A stretch of DNA of 32,000 bases, taken from Desulfobulbus propionicus DSM 2032 (GTDB lineage: Bacteria > Desulfobacterota > Desulfobulbia > Desulfobulbales > Desulfobulbaceae). The stretch is from positions 420,001 through 452,000 of the forward strand of contig NC_014972.1 of assembly GCF_000186885.1 (NCBI RefSeq), given 5' to 3'. The position numbers and the translations under genes are program-made. The notes beneath the pieces are model-generated. The model was given only the letters and a program-made list of their open reading frames with translations, was not told where the DNA came from and searched no databases. This document shows, in pieces, positions 22,448-31,004 of this stretch (the stretch's first letter is position 1; every line of letters starts with the position of its first letter).

Positions 22448-23416
22448 TCAACGGGAAGACGTTCGATCCAGATCCTCGAGAAGACGCCGCACGGCCTGTT
22501 CCTTGGCCTTGGCCTCGACTTCGACGGTGATCCGCAGGGAACGCCAGCAATCGGGCAGGTCGCACGGGTCTATGAAATCGTGGTGGGGCCGGGGATTGGC
22601 GCTGTGCCAACCGTCCCTTGGGCTGGACAGGTGAAAGAGCGGTTCCCTGGTCCAGGTGGCCAGGGCCTGTTCGGTGACCTGTTCGACACGTAGCCCATCG
22701 GCGAGGCAGCGGTGATGATGGACATCGTACACAAAGGGGAGGCCGGTTGCCCCACAAACCGGCAGCAGGTCAGCCGGCGTGTAGATGCGATCGTCGTTTT
22801 CCAGGGCCAGTCGCGAACGTACCGGGTCTGACAAACATTCCACGGCGGTGCGCAGCCGTTGCAACGCCGCCGCCTTGTCACCGTAGGCGCCACCGCCATG
22901 GAGAGTGATCACATCGGCGCCAATCCATCGCGCCGCCTCGGCATGATACTCCAACTCGGCGAGCGACCGGACGAGAACGCCGGCATCCGGCGAGGACAGC
23001 AGCGTGAACTGGTCGGGATGAAAACTCAGGCGAATGTTGTGCTGCCGCGCCAGGGCCGCCGCCTGGCGATACGTCTGTTCGATGGCGGCATGGTCGGGTA
23101 GTTCGGCCAGGGCGTAGCCCTGCTGGGGATGGGTTTTCAAGGGGAAGATGCGGCTGTTGACCCGGAACGCGCCGATACGGTTGCGGGAACAGTAGACGAT
23201 GGCCGCCTGCAGGGCCTGGCCGTTGGCCAGAACCGTGTCCGCAAGGAGGGCCAGCTGCCGGGCGCGGTCAAACTTCGCCAGGTATGCGGCCTGGCGGATG
23301 GCGAAACGAATCGGCTCCTCCTTGAACAGACAGCAGAGCCCCCAACGAATCCGTTCATATCCTCGTCCTCCCTTGCTGTCGTCGTGACCAACGGAAGGCG
23401 CGTGCTGTTGCCGCAT
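22448..23416 (-). CDS. uvsE: UV-damage endonuclease UvdE/UvsE family
   Basis: Family blocks are RWGLCCLF, FRVNSRIFP, RLSFHPDQF, ITLHGGGAYGDK, LALENDD and VYDVHHH. GGAGGA precedes the ATG at 23416. The ORF track extends it to 23485. Confidence 0.8.
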   Translation of the reverse strand: MRQQHAPSVGHDDSKGGRGYERIRWGLCCLFKEEPIRFAIRQAAYLAKFDRARQLALLADTVLANGQALQAAIVYCSRNRIGAFRVNSRIFPLKTHPQQGYALAELPDHAAIEQTYRQAAALARQHNIRLSFHPDQFTLLSSPDAGVLVRSLAELEYHAEAARWIGADVITLHGGGAYGDKAAALQRLRTAVECLSDPVRSRLALENDDRIYTPADLLPVCGATGLPFVYDVHHHRCLADGLRVEQVTEQALATWTREPLFHLSSPRDGWHSANPRPHHDFIDPCDLPDCWRSLRITVEVEAKAKEQAVRRLLEDLDRTSSR

Positions 23417-23641
23417 GCGGGTTTTTCCTCCGGTGATTGTTGCCTGCCAGCCGCTTGGCCGATTCCCGGAACCGGGAGTCTGCAAGAAAAAGCGTGTTTG
23501 CGGGGTTGAGCAAACAGCTTGTGGCCGCCCCTGCCGTTACCCCGTGATCGCCGCGGGACTCTGCTTGCGTTGAGGGCCAGGCTCCACTATCATACAACGA
23601 CATCGAAGGCTGAACACAACAACTTTTTGCCGGAGCGCGCC

Positions 23642-25777
23642 ATGGCCGACAGTCTGTATATCGCCAACCTGGAAAAGGATTGCGGGAAACTGGTCGTCAC
23701 CCTCGGAGTGATGGAACTTCTCTCACGCCGGATCGGCCGGGTGGGCTTCTTCCGGCCGATCATCCCCGGTGACGGCAAGGAGGACAACGACATCAACCTG
23801 ATCAAGCAGCGCTACAACATCAGCCTGCGTTTCGACGAGATGGCTGGTGTCAGCCATGAACTGGCCCGCGCCCTGATCGCCGAAGGCAACGAACTGGGGC
23901 TCTTTCGGGAGATTGTCCGCAAATACGGCGAGGTGCGCCGCAAGTGCGATTTCCTTCTTTGCGAGGGACCCAACATCATCAGCATGTCCGAGGCTTTTGA
24001 CTACGACATCAGCATTCGCATCGCCCGCGAGCTGGGCACGCCCACCCTGCACGTGGTTAACGGCCGCAACCGGGACGTGGCCGAGATCCAGGAAAATATC
24101 GGCGTGGCGGAGAAGATCTACGAACAGTACCAGTGCCCGCTGCTGGCCATCTTCGTCAACCGCATCGATCCCGCCCTGTTGGCGGAGGCCGAGGCCGAAA
24201 TCAGGGCCAGCCACCAGGGCAAGCCCTATCGCCTCGATTTTCTGCCGGAGATGAAGGGGTTCAGCATGCCGACCATGGAGGAAATCATCGAGGCCCTGGG
24301 GGCGCGCCACTTCAGCGGCCCCAAGGCGGGGCTGCAACGCGATGTCCATGCCATCAAGGTGGCGGCAATGAGCCCGGCCAACTACATCGATTTCCTCGAA
24401 GAAGACGACATGATCGTCACCCCCGGCGACCGGCCGGATATCATTTTCGCCACCCTGGGGGCTATTGCCTCGCGCAACTATCCCTCGCCGGCCGGCATGC
24501 TGCTGTCCGGCAACCTGGAACCGAGCTCCTCCATGGTCCGGTTGCTCGACGGACTCGACGACCTGTCGTTGCCCATTTACCTGATCCCCGGCGATACCTA
24601 CACCGTTGCTCAGCGTGCCGGCGAGATCAAGGGGACCCTGCGGCCGCACAATGAACAGAAGATTGCCCGGGCACTCGGGGTGTTCGAGAGTCATGTCGAT
24701 ACCCTTGGCCTGGAACAGCAGGTGATCGAAACCGTGGCCACCATCATGTCGCCGCTAATGTTCGAGTATTCGCTTTTCCAGCGGGCCAGGGCCGATCGCC
24801 AGCACATTGTCCTGCCCGAAGGCGAAGACGAGCGCATTCTTCGCGCCGCCGAGATTCTCCGTGCCCGCGAGGTGGTCGATCTCACTCTGCTCGGCGAGGA
24901 AAAAACCATTCGCAACCGGGCCGCCTCTCTCGGGCTGAAGCTCCAGGATGTGACCATTATCGACCCCAAGAGCTCACCGTTGCGCGAGGCGTTCATCGAG
25001 AGCCTCTATGAGGCGCGAAAGTACAAGGGGATCACCCGAGACTGGGCCCATGACGCCATCAGCGATGTCAGCTACTTCGGTACGCTGATGGTCCATACCG
25101 ACCGCGCCGACGGCATGGTGTCCGGTGCGGTCCATACCACCCAGCATACGGTTCGTCCGGCCTTTCAGATCATCCGTACCCGCCCCGAAGTGTCGGTGGT
25201 CTCGAGCGTCTTCTTCATGTGCATGGAGACGCGGGTGCTGGTCTACGGTGACTGTGCGGTCAACCCCAACCCCAACAGCGAGGAACTGGCCGAAATCGCC
25301 ATCCGCTCGGCAGAGACGGCCGCCATGTTCAACATCGAGCCGATCGTGGCCATGCTCTCCTATTCCAGCGGCTCTTCCGGCCAGGGCGAGGATGTGGAAC
25401 GGGTGCGCGAGGCCGTTCACCTGGCCCGCGCGCGGAGGCCCGGGCTCAAGATCGATGGACCGATTCAGTACGATGCGGCCATCGATCTCTCGGTGGCCCA
25501 GGAGAAGATGCCGGAAAGCGAGGTGGCTGGCCGGGCGACCGTGTTCATTTTCCCGGATCTCAACACCGGCAACAACACCTACAAGGCAGTGCAGCGGTCC
25601 GCCGGGGCGGTGGCCATCGGCCCCATCCTCCAGGGGTTGAACAAGCCGGTCAATGACCTCAGCCGCGGCTGCCTGGTGTCCGATATCGTCAACACTGTGG
25701 CCATCACCGCCATTCAGGCCCAGGCCGTGAAAAAACAGGCCTGGTTACAATCAGCGCCAGCAGCGACCACGATCTGA
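23642..25777 (+). CDS. pta: Phosphate acetyltransferase, long form (N-terminal P-loop-like/DRTGG region plus PTA_PTB domain, 711 aa)
   Basis: The N-terminus is MADSLYIANLEKDCGKLVVTLGVMELL...FFRPI. The C-terminal half carries IVLPEGEDERILRAA and SGAVHTT...VAMLSYS, followed by IFPDLNTGNNTYK. The ORF-track start at 23519 is an extension. Confidence 0.9.
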   Translation: MADSLYIANLEKDCGKLVVTLGVMELLSRRIGRVGFFRPIIPGDGKEDNDINLIKQRYNISLRFDEMAGVSHELARALIAEGNELGLFREIVRKYGEVRRKCDFLLCEGPNIISMSEAFDYDISIRIARELGTPTLHVVNGRNRDVAEIQENIGVAEKIYEQYQCPLLAIFVNRIDPALLAEAEAEIRASHQGKPYRLDFLPEMKGFSMPTMEEIIEALGARHFSGPKAGLQRDVHAIKVAAMSPANYIDFLEEDDMIVTPGDRPDIIFATLGAIASRNYPSPAGMLLSGNLEPSSSMVRLLDGLDDLSLPIYLIPGDTYTVAQRAGEIKGTLRPHNEQKIARALGVFESHVDTLGLEQQVIETVATIMSPLMFEYSLFQRARADRQHIVLPEGEDERILRAAEILRAREVVDLTLLGEEKTIRNRAASLGLKLQDVTIIDPKSSPLREAFIESLYEARKYKGITRDWAHDAISDVSYFGTLMVHTDRADGMVSGAVHTTQHTVRPAFQIIRTRPEVSVVSSVFFMCMETRVLVYGDCAVNPNPNSEELAEIAIRSAETAAMFNIEPIVAMLSYSSGSSGQGEDVERVREAVHLARARRPGLKIDGPIQYDAAIDLSVAQEKMPESEVAGRATVFIFPDLNTGNNTYKAVQRSAGAVAIGPILQGLNKPVNDLSRGCLVSDIVNTVAITAIQAQAVKKQAWLQSAPAATTI

Positions 25778-26652
25778 TGCGGCTGCCTCTGCCGCCTCTT
25801 GCCGCCACCCTTGTCGGGGCTGGGATCATCTCCTTTTCCGCGGTCTGGGTAAAGCTGGCCACGGTGACGCCACCGGTATCCGCCTTTTATCGGGTTTTCT
25901 TCGGCTTCCTGTTTCTGCTGGCGGCTTGTGCCCTGCGCAGCGACCTCCGATCGGTCAGTGGCCGCCATCTGGGCTTTGCCGTGCTCTGCGGCCTATTCTT
26001 CGCTTTGGATCTTTATTGTTGGCATGCGAGTATTCGGTATGTTGGGCCGGGCTTGGCAACCATGCTGGGGAATTTCCAGGTGTTCGTGCTCACCGCCTTT
26101 GGCCTGCTTTTTCTGGGAGAAAAGATCCATCCGCGCTTTGTGCTGGCTGTACCCGTTGCCGTGGTCGGCCTGAGCCTCATCGTCGGCGTCCAATGGGAGG
26201 AACTCAGCCCCTCGTACCGTGTCGGCATTGCCCTCGGCCTGATGACCGCAGTGTGGTACAGCGGCTTTCTCCTCATCCTGCGCAAACTGCAGGCCGAAGC
26301 GCCGGGTGTTTCCTTTTTCTTCAACCTGATGCTCATTTCCGGGGCCAGTGCGTTCTTTCTCGGCACGCACTTGGCATTCGTCGGCGAATCCCTTGCCATC
26401 CCCGACCGAACCAGCTGGCTGGCCCTACTGGCGCTGGGACTGCTCAGTCAGACCATTGGCTGGACGCTGATCGCCAATGCCCTGCCCGGGATGCGCACTT
26501 CGCTCGCCGGCCTGGTGCTCCTGTTCCAGCCGGCGCTTTCCTTTGTCTGGGATGTGACCCTGTTTGCCCGGCCGACCACCCTGGTCAACTGGATCGGCGT
26601 GGGCATCACCTTGTTTGCTATTTACCTGGGCATCCAGAGCAGCCGTGGTTGA
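25777..26652 (+). CDS. DMT/EamA-family transporter (291 aa, ~10 TM)
   Basis: The hydrophobicity pattern shows two EamA-like halves. Its ATG overlaps the pta stop (TGATG). Confidence 0.7.
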   Translation: MRLPLPPLAATLVGAGIISFSAVWVKLATVTPPVSAFYRVFFGFLFLLAACALRSDLRSVSGRHLGFAVLCGLFFALDLYCWHASIRYVGPGLATMLGNFQVFVLTAFGLLFLGEKIHPRFVLAVPVAVVGLSLIVGVQWEELSPSYRVGIALGLMTAVWYSGFLLILRKLQAEAPGVSFFFNLMLISGASAFFLGTHLAFVGESLAIPDRTSWLALLALGLLSQTIGWTLIANALPGMRTSLAGLVLLFQPALSFVWDVTLFARPTTLVNWIGVGITLFAIYLGIQSSRG

Positions 26653-26709
26653 ATTTTCCTCGGGATGCTATTCCCCTCTCTTGTCTAACCTTTGCATGGA
26701 GCCATAACA

Positions 26710-27096
26710 ATGACAGCAGAAAACGCAGACATGGCCGAGCTATTCGAACAGATTGGCGCGGTGCTTTCCGCCGCTGAACAGAACGACTTGGATACTGTAT
26801 ACGACCACCGCGCGGCCATTGTCTCGATGTACGCGCAAGCCATGGTCGAGTTTCACTTCGAGGAAAGCCAGCTCGATTGGCTCAACGATCTGCTCGACGC
26901 GGTAGAGAGAGACGATCTGGCCGCCTGCCGTCGTCTGCTTGCCCAGGAAGCGGATACCGACACAGTCTTTCTCGCCACCCAATTCGCCGCCGTCATGGCC
27001 GGATTTTTTCACCACGACGAATGCATGACCCTGATCCAGGCCATCGGCCTCCAGGCGCTGCTCAAGGGCATGCAGTCCGAGCCGGATAAGAGCTGA
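26710..27096 (+). CDS. Acidic hypothetical protein (128 aa)
   Basis: It is a clean ORF with GGAG 8 nt before the ATG at 26710 (an alternative ATG lies at 26692). I recognised no motif. Confidence 0.5.
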   Translation: MTAENADMAELFEQIGAVLSAAEQNDLDTVYDHRAAIVSMYAQAMVEFHFEESQLDWLNDLLDAVERDDLAACRRLLAQEADTDTVFLATQFAAVMAGFFHHDECMTLIQAIGLQALLKGMQSEPDKS

Positions 27097-27117
27097 ATCG
27101 ACGGCAGGGGCCTGCCT

Positions 27118-28092
27118 CTAGCGGACCTCGCGACCGCGTCCGGAATCGCTGAGGTCGGCCAAGGCGCGGGGATAGGGGCGGAGAAAGACCTGAGCCAGCA
27201 GATACTGGTTGTCGAAGCGCAGGGCATGGGCCTCCAGCAGCCGGGTGACCGCCTGCAGGGGTAGCCGCTCGTCGCGGTATTCCTCGATCGAGTTGATCAC
27301 ATGCTGTTTTTCCGCGGACCCGAGATGTTCGGAGATCCAGCCAAAGGCATGAAAGAGGGTGTTGATCACCCCGGAGATGCGCAGCGGCGCATCCAGGATA
27401 TGACGGAGTTCCTCGCGGTAGAGGTGGAAGACTTCGGCGGCCGGCCGTTTTTCGTGGTTGGCCACGATCTTGCCGGCCTGGCGAAAACGGCTCTGGTTGT
27501 AGGCGAGGAAAAGCAGCTTGTGGCTGGCATGGAAGGCGACCAGCGCGCCCATCTCCGGCCGCTCGTTTAAGCTGCGGAATCGCGCCAGGGTGAAGAGCTT
27601 GATCAGGAAGTGCTCGCGCAAGGAGAGGTTGGTCAGCCGCATTTCGTCCTCGATCGCGGCTCCGGCAAAGGTGTGCCGCACCTGTTCCCCGAACAGGCCG
27701 CCGGCTTTCTTGAGAAACTGCGGCTTGTCGATCCCCTGGTAGATCTTGGTATCATAAAGGCCGCAGCTCGGCGACTTGCTCTTGAGGATGGCGCCGTCGA
27801 TCTGCGGATGCTCCTTGAAGATGGCGTCGATGGTGGCTTGCAACTGGGTGGTCACCTCCCGGCCGGTGGCGGGCTGATAGACCACCAGCCCCCCCTCCGA
27901 CTGGCACAGGCGGATCGGCGCCCGGGGGATGCCCAGACCGCAGTCGGTTTCCGGGCAGACCGGGATTATCTCCACCTGGGTCTGCAACTGCTCGACAAAG
28001 GGATTCTTGAGGATGGCGCCATCATAACGGCAGGCGGCAAAGCCCAAACAACGACTGACCAGGACTGTGGGGCGGGGAAAGGTGTCGTTCAT
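27118..28092 (-). CDS. DUF523 (TudS-like Cys-cluster) plus DUF1722 (YbgA-like) fusion protein (324 aa)
   Basis: The N-terminus is VLVSRCLGFAACRYDG...IPVCPE...GLGIPR. The C-terminal half is YbgA-like (HFLIKLFTLARF...HKLLFLAYN). It lies 34 nt downstream of hgcB on the same strand. Confidence 0.7.
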   Translation of the reverse strand: MNDTFPRPTVLVSRCLGFAACRYDGAILKNPFVEQLQTQVEIIPVCPETDCGLGIPRAPIRLCQSEGGLVVYQPATGREVTTQLQATIDAIFKEHPQIDGAILKSKSPSCGLYDTKIYQGIDKPQFLKKAGGLFGEQVRHTFAGAAIEDEMRLTNLSLREHFLIKLFTLARFRSLNERPEMGALVAFHASHKLLFLAYNQSRFRQAGKIVANHEKRPAAEVFHLYREELRHILDAPLRISGVINTLFHAFGWISEHLGSAEKQHVINSIEEYRDERLPLQAVTRLLEAHALRFDNQYLLAQVFLRPYPRALADLSDSGRGREVR

Positions 28093-28126
28093 GGAATGTT
28101 CCCTCTATGAAGGTTGAGAAAAGCGG

Positions 28127-28414
28127 TCAGCAGCAGCCGGACAGGAGCTTGCGGCCCAACAGCCGGTTGATCCAGGCGGCGAGGATGGCCACGGCGCACC
28201 CGACTCCTGGGGTGACGGTGAGGGCCTGGACCGGGCAGTTGCGGGCGCAGGCCCCACACTCCATGCACAGATCCCTATCGCCAACCTTTAATTTTTCACC
28301 TTCCAGCGCGAAGATGCGGTGTGGACAGACCACGGTGCAGTTGCCGCAGCCAATGCAGCGATCAAAATCGACCTCTAGGGTCGCAGTGTCGTCGATGTAG
28401 CGATAGCCGTGCAT
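28127..28414 (-). CDS. hgcB: HgcB, mercury-methylation 2x[4Fe-4S] ferredoxin (95 aa)
   Basis: It has two CxxCxxCxxxCP motifs (CIGCGNCTVVCP and CMECGACARNCP), the conserved GVGCA Cys and a C-terminal vicinal Cys pair (SGCC-stop). GGAG precedes the ATG at 28414, 13 nt after the hgcA stop. Confidence 0.85.
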   Translation of the reverse strand: MHGYRYIDDTATLEVDFDRCIGCGNCTVVCPHRIFALEGEKLKVGDRDLCMECGACARNCPVQALTVTPGVGCAVAILAAWINRLLGRKLLSGCC

Positions 28415-28427
28415 GGGGCGTCTCCGT

Positions 28428-29447
28428 TCAATGCAAAAAGGGGCTGGCCAGCCAGAGCACCAGGGCGAGGCAGGTGGCCGCGAGCTGCACCGGCAACCCC
28501 CGGCGCATCTCGTACTCGACACCGCTGGGCGAGGTGAAGGGGGTGGAGCCGGTGAAATTCATCGCCAGGTAGGAGCTGAGGCTCAGCACCCAGGAGATCA
28601 GGGCAACCTGTTCCACTGCCGCCAGGCGGGCTGCGAGCAGCAGCCACGCTCCCAGTGCCGCCGGCAGTCCGGCCCATACGCCTTTGAGCCAGAACTGACG
28701 GCCGGGCAGCCAGGGCAGCAGCATGGGGGTGAGCACCGCCCCGCCAAGCATGCCCAACCCGGTGGCGGCGAGCAGTGCCTCGCCACGCTCCAAGGCCGCG
28801 GTAAGGGAAAAAATTGTCGGACTGATGCCGGAAAGGAGAAAGCCAAGGATCAGCATGGCCAGCAGGGGCTTGGCCAGGAGAAACAGCTCCACCGGAATCA
28901 GCACTGCCCGGTCCGCCAAGGGGAAGGTGACCTCACGCATGGCTTCGTCGCACCGGTTGCCCTGACCAAGATAGGCGGGCAGATCGGCGGCGCGGACTGG
29001 GCCGAAAAGCACGGTAAACCCGCAGCCCTTGCGCACCGCCTGCGCCGACACACCCGGAGCGGCCAATTGCGGCAGGATCAGTTCCCGATGGGCGACCACT
29101 TCGTTCAAGCGGTATCGTTGCACGCAGTCGATCACTTCCCAGGTGGAAAAGGTGCCCTTGCCGGCGGCACACCAGACATTGATCCCTCGGGTGTCGACCA
29201 CCAGCAGCCAGGCGTCGAGGCCGCCCAGCTGGTGGCGCAGGGCGTCGAAGGAAAGTTTGTAGTTGGCGCTCACCAGTACGGCTGACTGGTTTCCCGGCGA
29301 TCCCACGGCGTAGAGGCCGGGGGCAACCTTGTAGTTGCGGCGGATGATGCCGATGCGGGCGCCGATGGTGCCCCATAGATCACGGCTGCTTCTTGTGGTG
29401 GTCACTTGCGGCACCGGGCCGGCGGGCGTGTCGATGAAGCCGGTCAC
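28428..29447 (-). CDS. hgcA: HgcA, corrinoid-dependent mercury methyltransferase (339 aa)
   Basis: The signature cap-helix motif GINVWCAAGKG lies at 29157-29180, with its Cys at residue 93. The N-terminal domain is corrinoid-binding-like and the C-terminal half has ~5 TM segments. The start is a GTG with no obvious SD. Confidence 0.9.
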   Translation of the reverse strand: MTGFIDTPAGPVPQVTTTRSSRDLWGTIGARIGIIRRNYKVAPGLYAVGSPGNQSAVLVSANYKLSFDALRHQLGGLDAWLLVVDTRGINVWCAAGKGTFSTWEVIDCVQRYRLNEVVAHRELILPQLAAPGVSAQAVRKGCGFTVLFGPVRAADLPAYLGQGNRCDEAMREVTFPLADRAVLIPVELFLLAKPLLAMLILGFLLSGISPTIFSLTAALERGEALLAATGLGMLGGAVLTPMLLPWLPGRQFWLKGVWAGLPAALGAWLLLAARLAAVEQVALISWVLSLSSYLAMNFTGSTPFTSPSGVEYEMRRGLPVQLAATCLALVLWLASPFLH

Positions 29448-29762
29448 AAAGGGGCAGAGGCTGTAGCCTGCCCGCTCATGGACCCCGGACCGGGGTTCCG
29501 GTTTCGGCCCTCAGCAGGGTGCCTCGGGCGGTGACGGGGCAAAGAGCGGCAACGGTTGGGGCGAGGCGGGACAGGGATTGATCGGTTGCATGGAGACTCG
29601 TTTCCTCGTGAACGGTAACTGTACGGTAAAGATACCGTGCCGTTGGGTATCAAGCCAGGTTTTTCTCCGAGCATCCCAGGCTCGACGGCGGGCCGCGCAT
29701 CGAGTAGGCTGACCCCAACGCCCTTGTCTCTTTCTGGTTGTCCTCTTCTTGGGAGCACGTCC

Positions 29763-30704
29763 ATGACCATCGCCGCCCTCGCCCTGCACGCCAGCGGCCT
29801 CCTTCAGCAGCGGGCCGACACCGCCCGACGGCTGCTGGCCCCCTGCACTCTCTGCCCGCGCCGTTGCCGGGTCAACCGCCTCGCCGGTAAAACCGGTCTG
29901 TGCGGAACCGGTGCCCAGGCGCGCATCGCCAGCTACGGCCCCCATTTCGGCGAGGAGCAGCCCCTGGTCGGCACCCACGGCTCCGGTACCATCTTTCTGG
30001 CCGGCTGCAACCTGCGCTGCTGCTTCTGCCAGAACTTCGACATCAGCCAGGGCAACGATCCCGGCCAGGAGGTGGATGCCCATGAGTTTGCCGCCATCAT
30101 GCTGGAGTTGCAGGCCACGGGCTGCCACAACATCAACCTGGTCACCCCCAGTCATGTGGTGCCGCAGCTCCTCGACGCCCTGATTCCGGCCATCGAGGGT
30201 GGGCTCGACATTCCCCTGGTGTTCAACTGCAGCGGTTATGAGAGCGTGGAGACACTCGCCCTGCTCGACGGCGTCATCGACATCTACATGCCTGATGTCA
30301 AATTCTGGCACCTGGCCACGGCGGCCCGCTATGCGGCGGCCCCGGACTATCCCCAGCGGGTGCGTGCGGCCCTGATCGAGATGCATCGCCAAGTAGGGGA
30401 TCTGGTGATCGGCCCGGACGGTTGTGCCCGCTCGGGCCTGCTCGTCCGCCATCTGCTCATGCCTGGCCTCATGGAGGAAACCGAGGCTATCCTTGCCTTT
30501 ATCGCCACCCGGCTCTCGCCCCGGACCTACGTCAACATCATGGCCCAGTACCACCCCTGCGGCCGGGCCGATCGCTATCCGGAGCTGATGCGCACCATCA
30601 CCGGCGAGGAGTATCGCCAGGCCCTGGACGCGGCGCGCAAGATCGGCCTCACCCGTCTTGACCACCCGGATGTGGGCCGTCTGCTCAGGCAGCTCGGTGT
30701 CTGA
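29763..30704 (+). CDS. Radical SAM protein, PflX/COG1313-like (313 aa)
   Basis: The CNLRCCFCQN cluster motif follows an N-terminal CTLCPRRC...C Cys group. GGGAG precedes the ATG at 29763. The ORF-track start at 29637 is an extension. Confidence 0.75.
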   Translation: MTIAALALHASGLLQQRADTARRLLAPCTLCPRRCRVNRLAGKTGLCGTGAQARIASYGPHFGEEQPLVGTHGSGTIFLAGCNLRCCFCQNFDISQGNDPGQEVDAHEFAAIMLELQATGCHNINLVTPSHVVPQLLDALIPAIEGGLDIPLVFNCSGYESVETLALLDGVIDIYMPDVKFWHLATAARYAAAPDYPQRVRAALIEMHRQVGDLVIGPDGCARSGLLVRHLLMPGLMEETEAILAFIATRLSPRTYVNIMAQYHPCGRADRYPELMRTITGEEYRQALDAARKIGLTRLDHPDVGRLLRQLGV

Positions 30705-30716
30705 GTGATATTTTTC

Positions 30717-30746
30717 TTGACGAAATGGGCCCCTGTTCGGTATCAA
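30717..30746 (+). promoter_or_regulatory. Candidate sigma-70 promoter for the ilv leader
   Basis: It reads TTGACG-18 nt-TATCAA and lies ~57 nt upstream of the leader-peptide ATG. Confidence 0.35.
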
Positions 30747-30802
30747 GAAAATAATTGTTCCCTGCCGGGGACAAATATTTTCCTCTAAGACAAGACCTTG
30801 AT

Positions 30803-30904
30803 ATGAAAACCCAATCCGCCATCGCCAACATTTTTGCTCTGCTCGCTCTCGTCGTGGTCGTGAGTGTGGTGGTCGTGGTGCGTACACGGTTCGAGGCGCC
30901 TTAG
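30803..30904 (+). CDS. ivbL: Val-run leader peptide (33 aa), IvbL-like
   Basis: My translation is MKTQSAIANIFALLALVVVVSVVVVVRTRFEAP, with 9 Val in 10 consecutive codons. A terminator hairpin and an acetolactate synthase gene follow it. It is too short for the ORF track. Confidence 0.7.
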   Translation: MKTQSAIANIFALLALVVVVSVVVVVRTRFEAP

Positions 30905-30932
30905 CGGGAAGCATCCAGAGTGGAGAATACAA

Positions 30933-30967
30933 CCCCTGCCGGCGCCAGCCGGCGGGGGTTTTTTTTT
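30933..30967 (+). terminator. Attenuator: rho-independent terminator between the leader peptide and ilvB
   Basis: The stem CCCCTGCCGGC / GCCGGCGGGGG is 11 bp with one G-U pair. The loop is GCCA, and a run of 9 T follows. The ilvB RBS lies ~25 nt downstream. Confidence 0.85.
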
Positions 30968-31004
30968 GCCCATCATCGATTCACAATCACAGGAGGAGCA
31001 CACC

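Noticed and set aside
23723-24694. Minus-strand ORF of 323 aa inside pta
   Set aside because: It lies antisense to the clearly recognisable phosphate acetyltransferase and has a low-complexity G/R/A/D/V composition.
25926-26777. 283-aa + strand ORF in an alternative frame of the DMT transporter gene
   Set aside because: The 25777..26652 frame gives a coherent 10-TM EamA-like protein coupled to the pta stop. The alternative frame is Arg/Pro-rich without hydrophobic helices.
28413-29285. Plus-strand ORF of 290 aa across hgcA
   Set aside because: It lies antisense to hgcA, which carries the NVWCAAGK signature. The translation is a Gly/Gln/Arg/Pro/His-rich shadow.
29448-29762. Cobalamin riboswitch upstream of the corrinoid protein gene hgcA
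   Set aside because: I could not find a convincing B12-box-like element or the expected multi-stem architecture by eye. This cannot be excluded without a covariance-model scan, so it is listed as a check rather than a claim.
29444-29770. 108-aa minus-strand ORF immediately upstream of hgcA, considered as a possible ArsR-like regulator
   Set aside because: The product is Arg/Pro/Gly-rich with no helix-turn-helix pattern and no RBS. It overlaps the divergent radical SAM start region. I treat the region as non-coding leader/promoter DNA.
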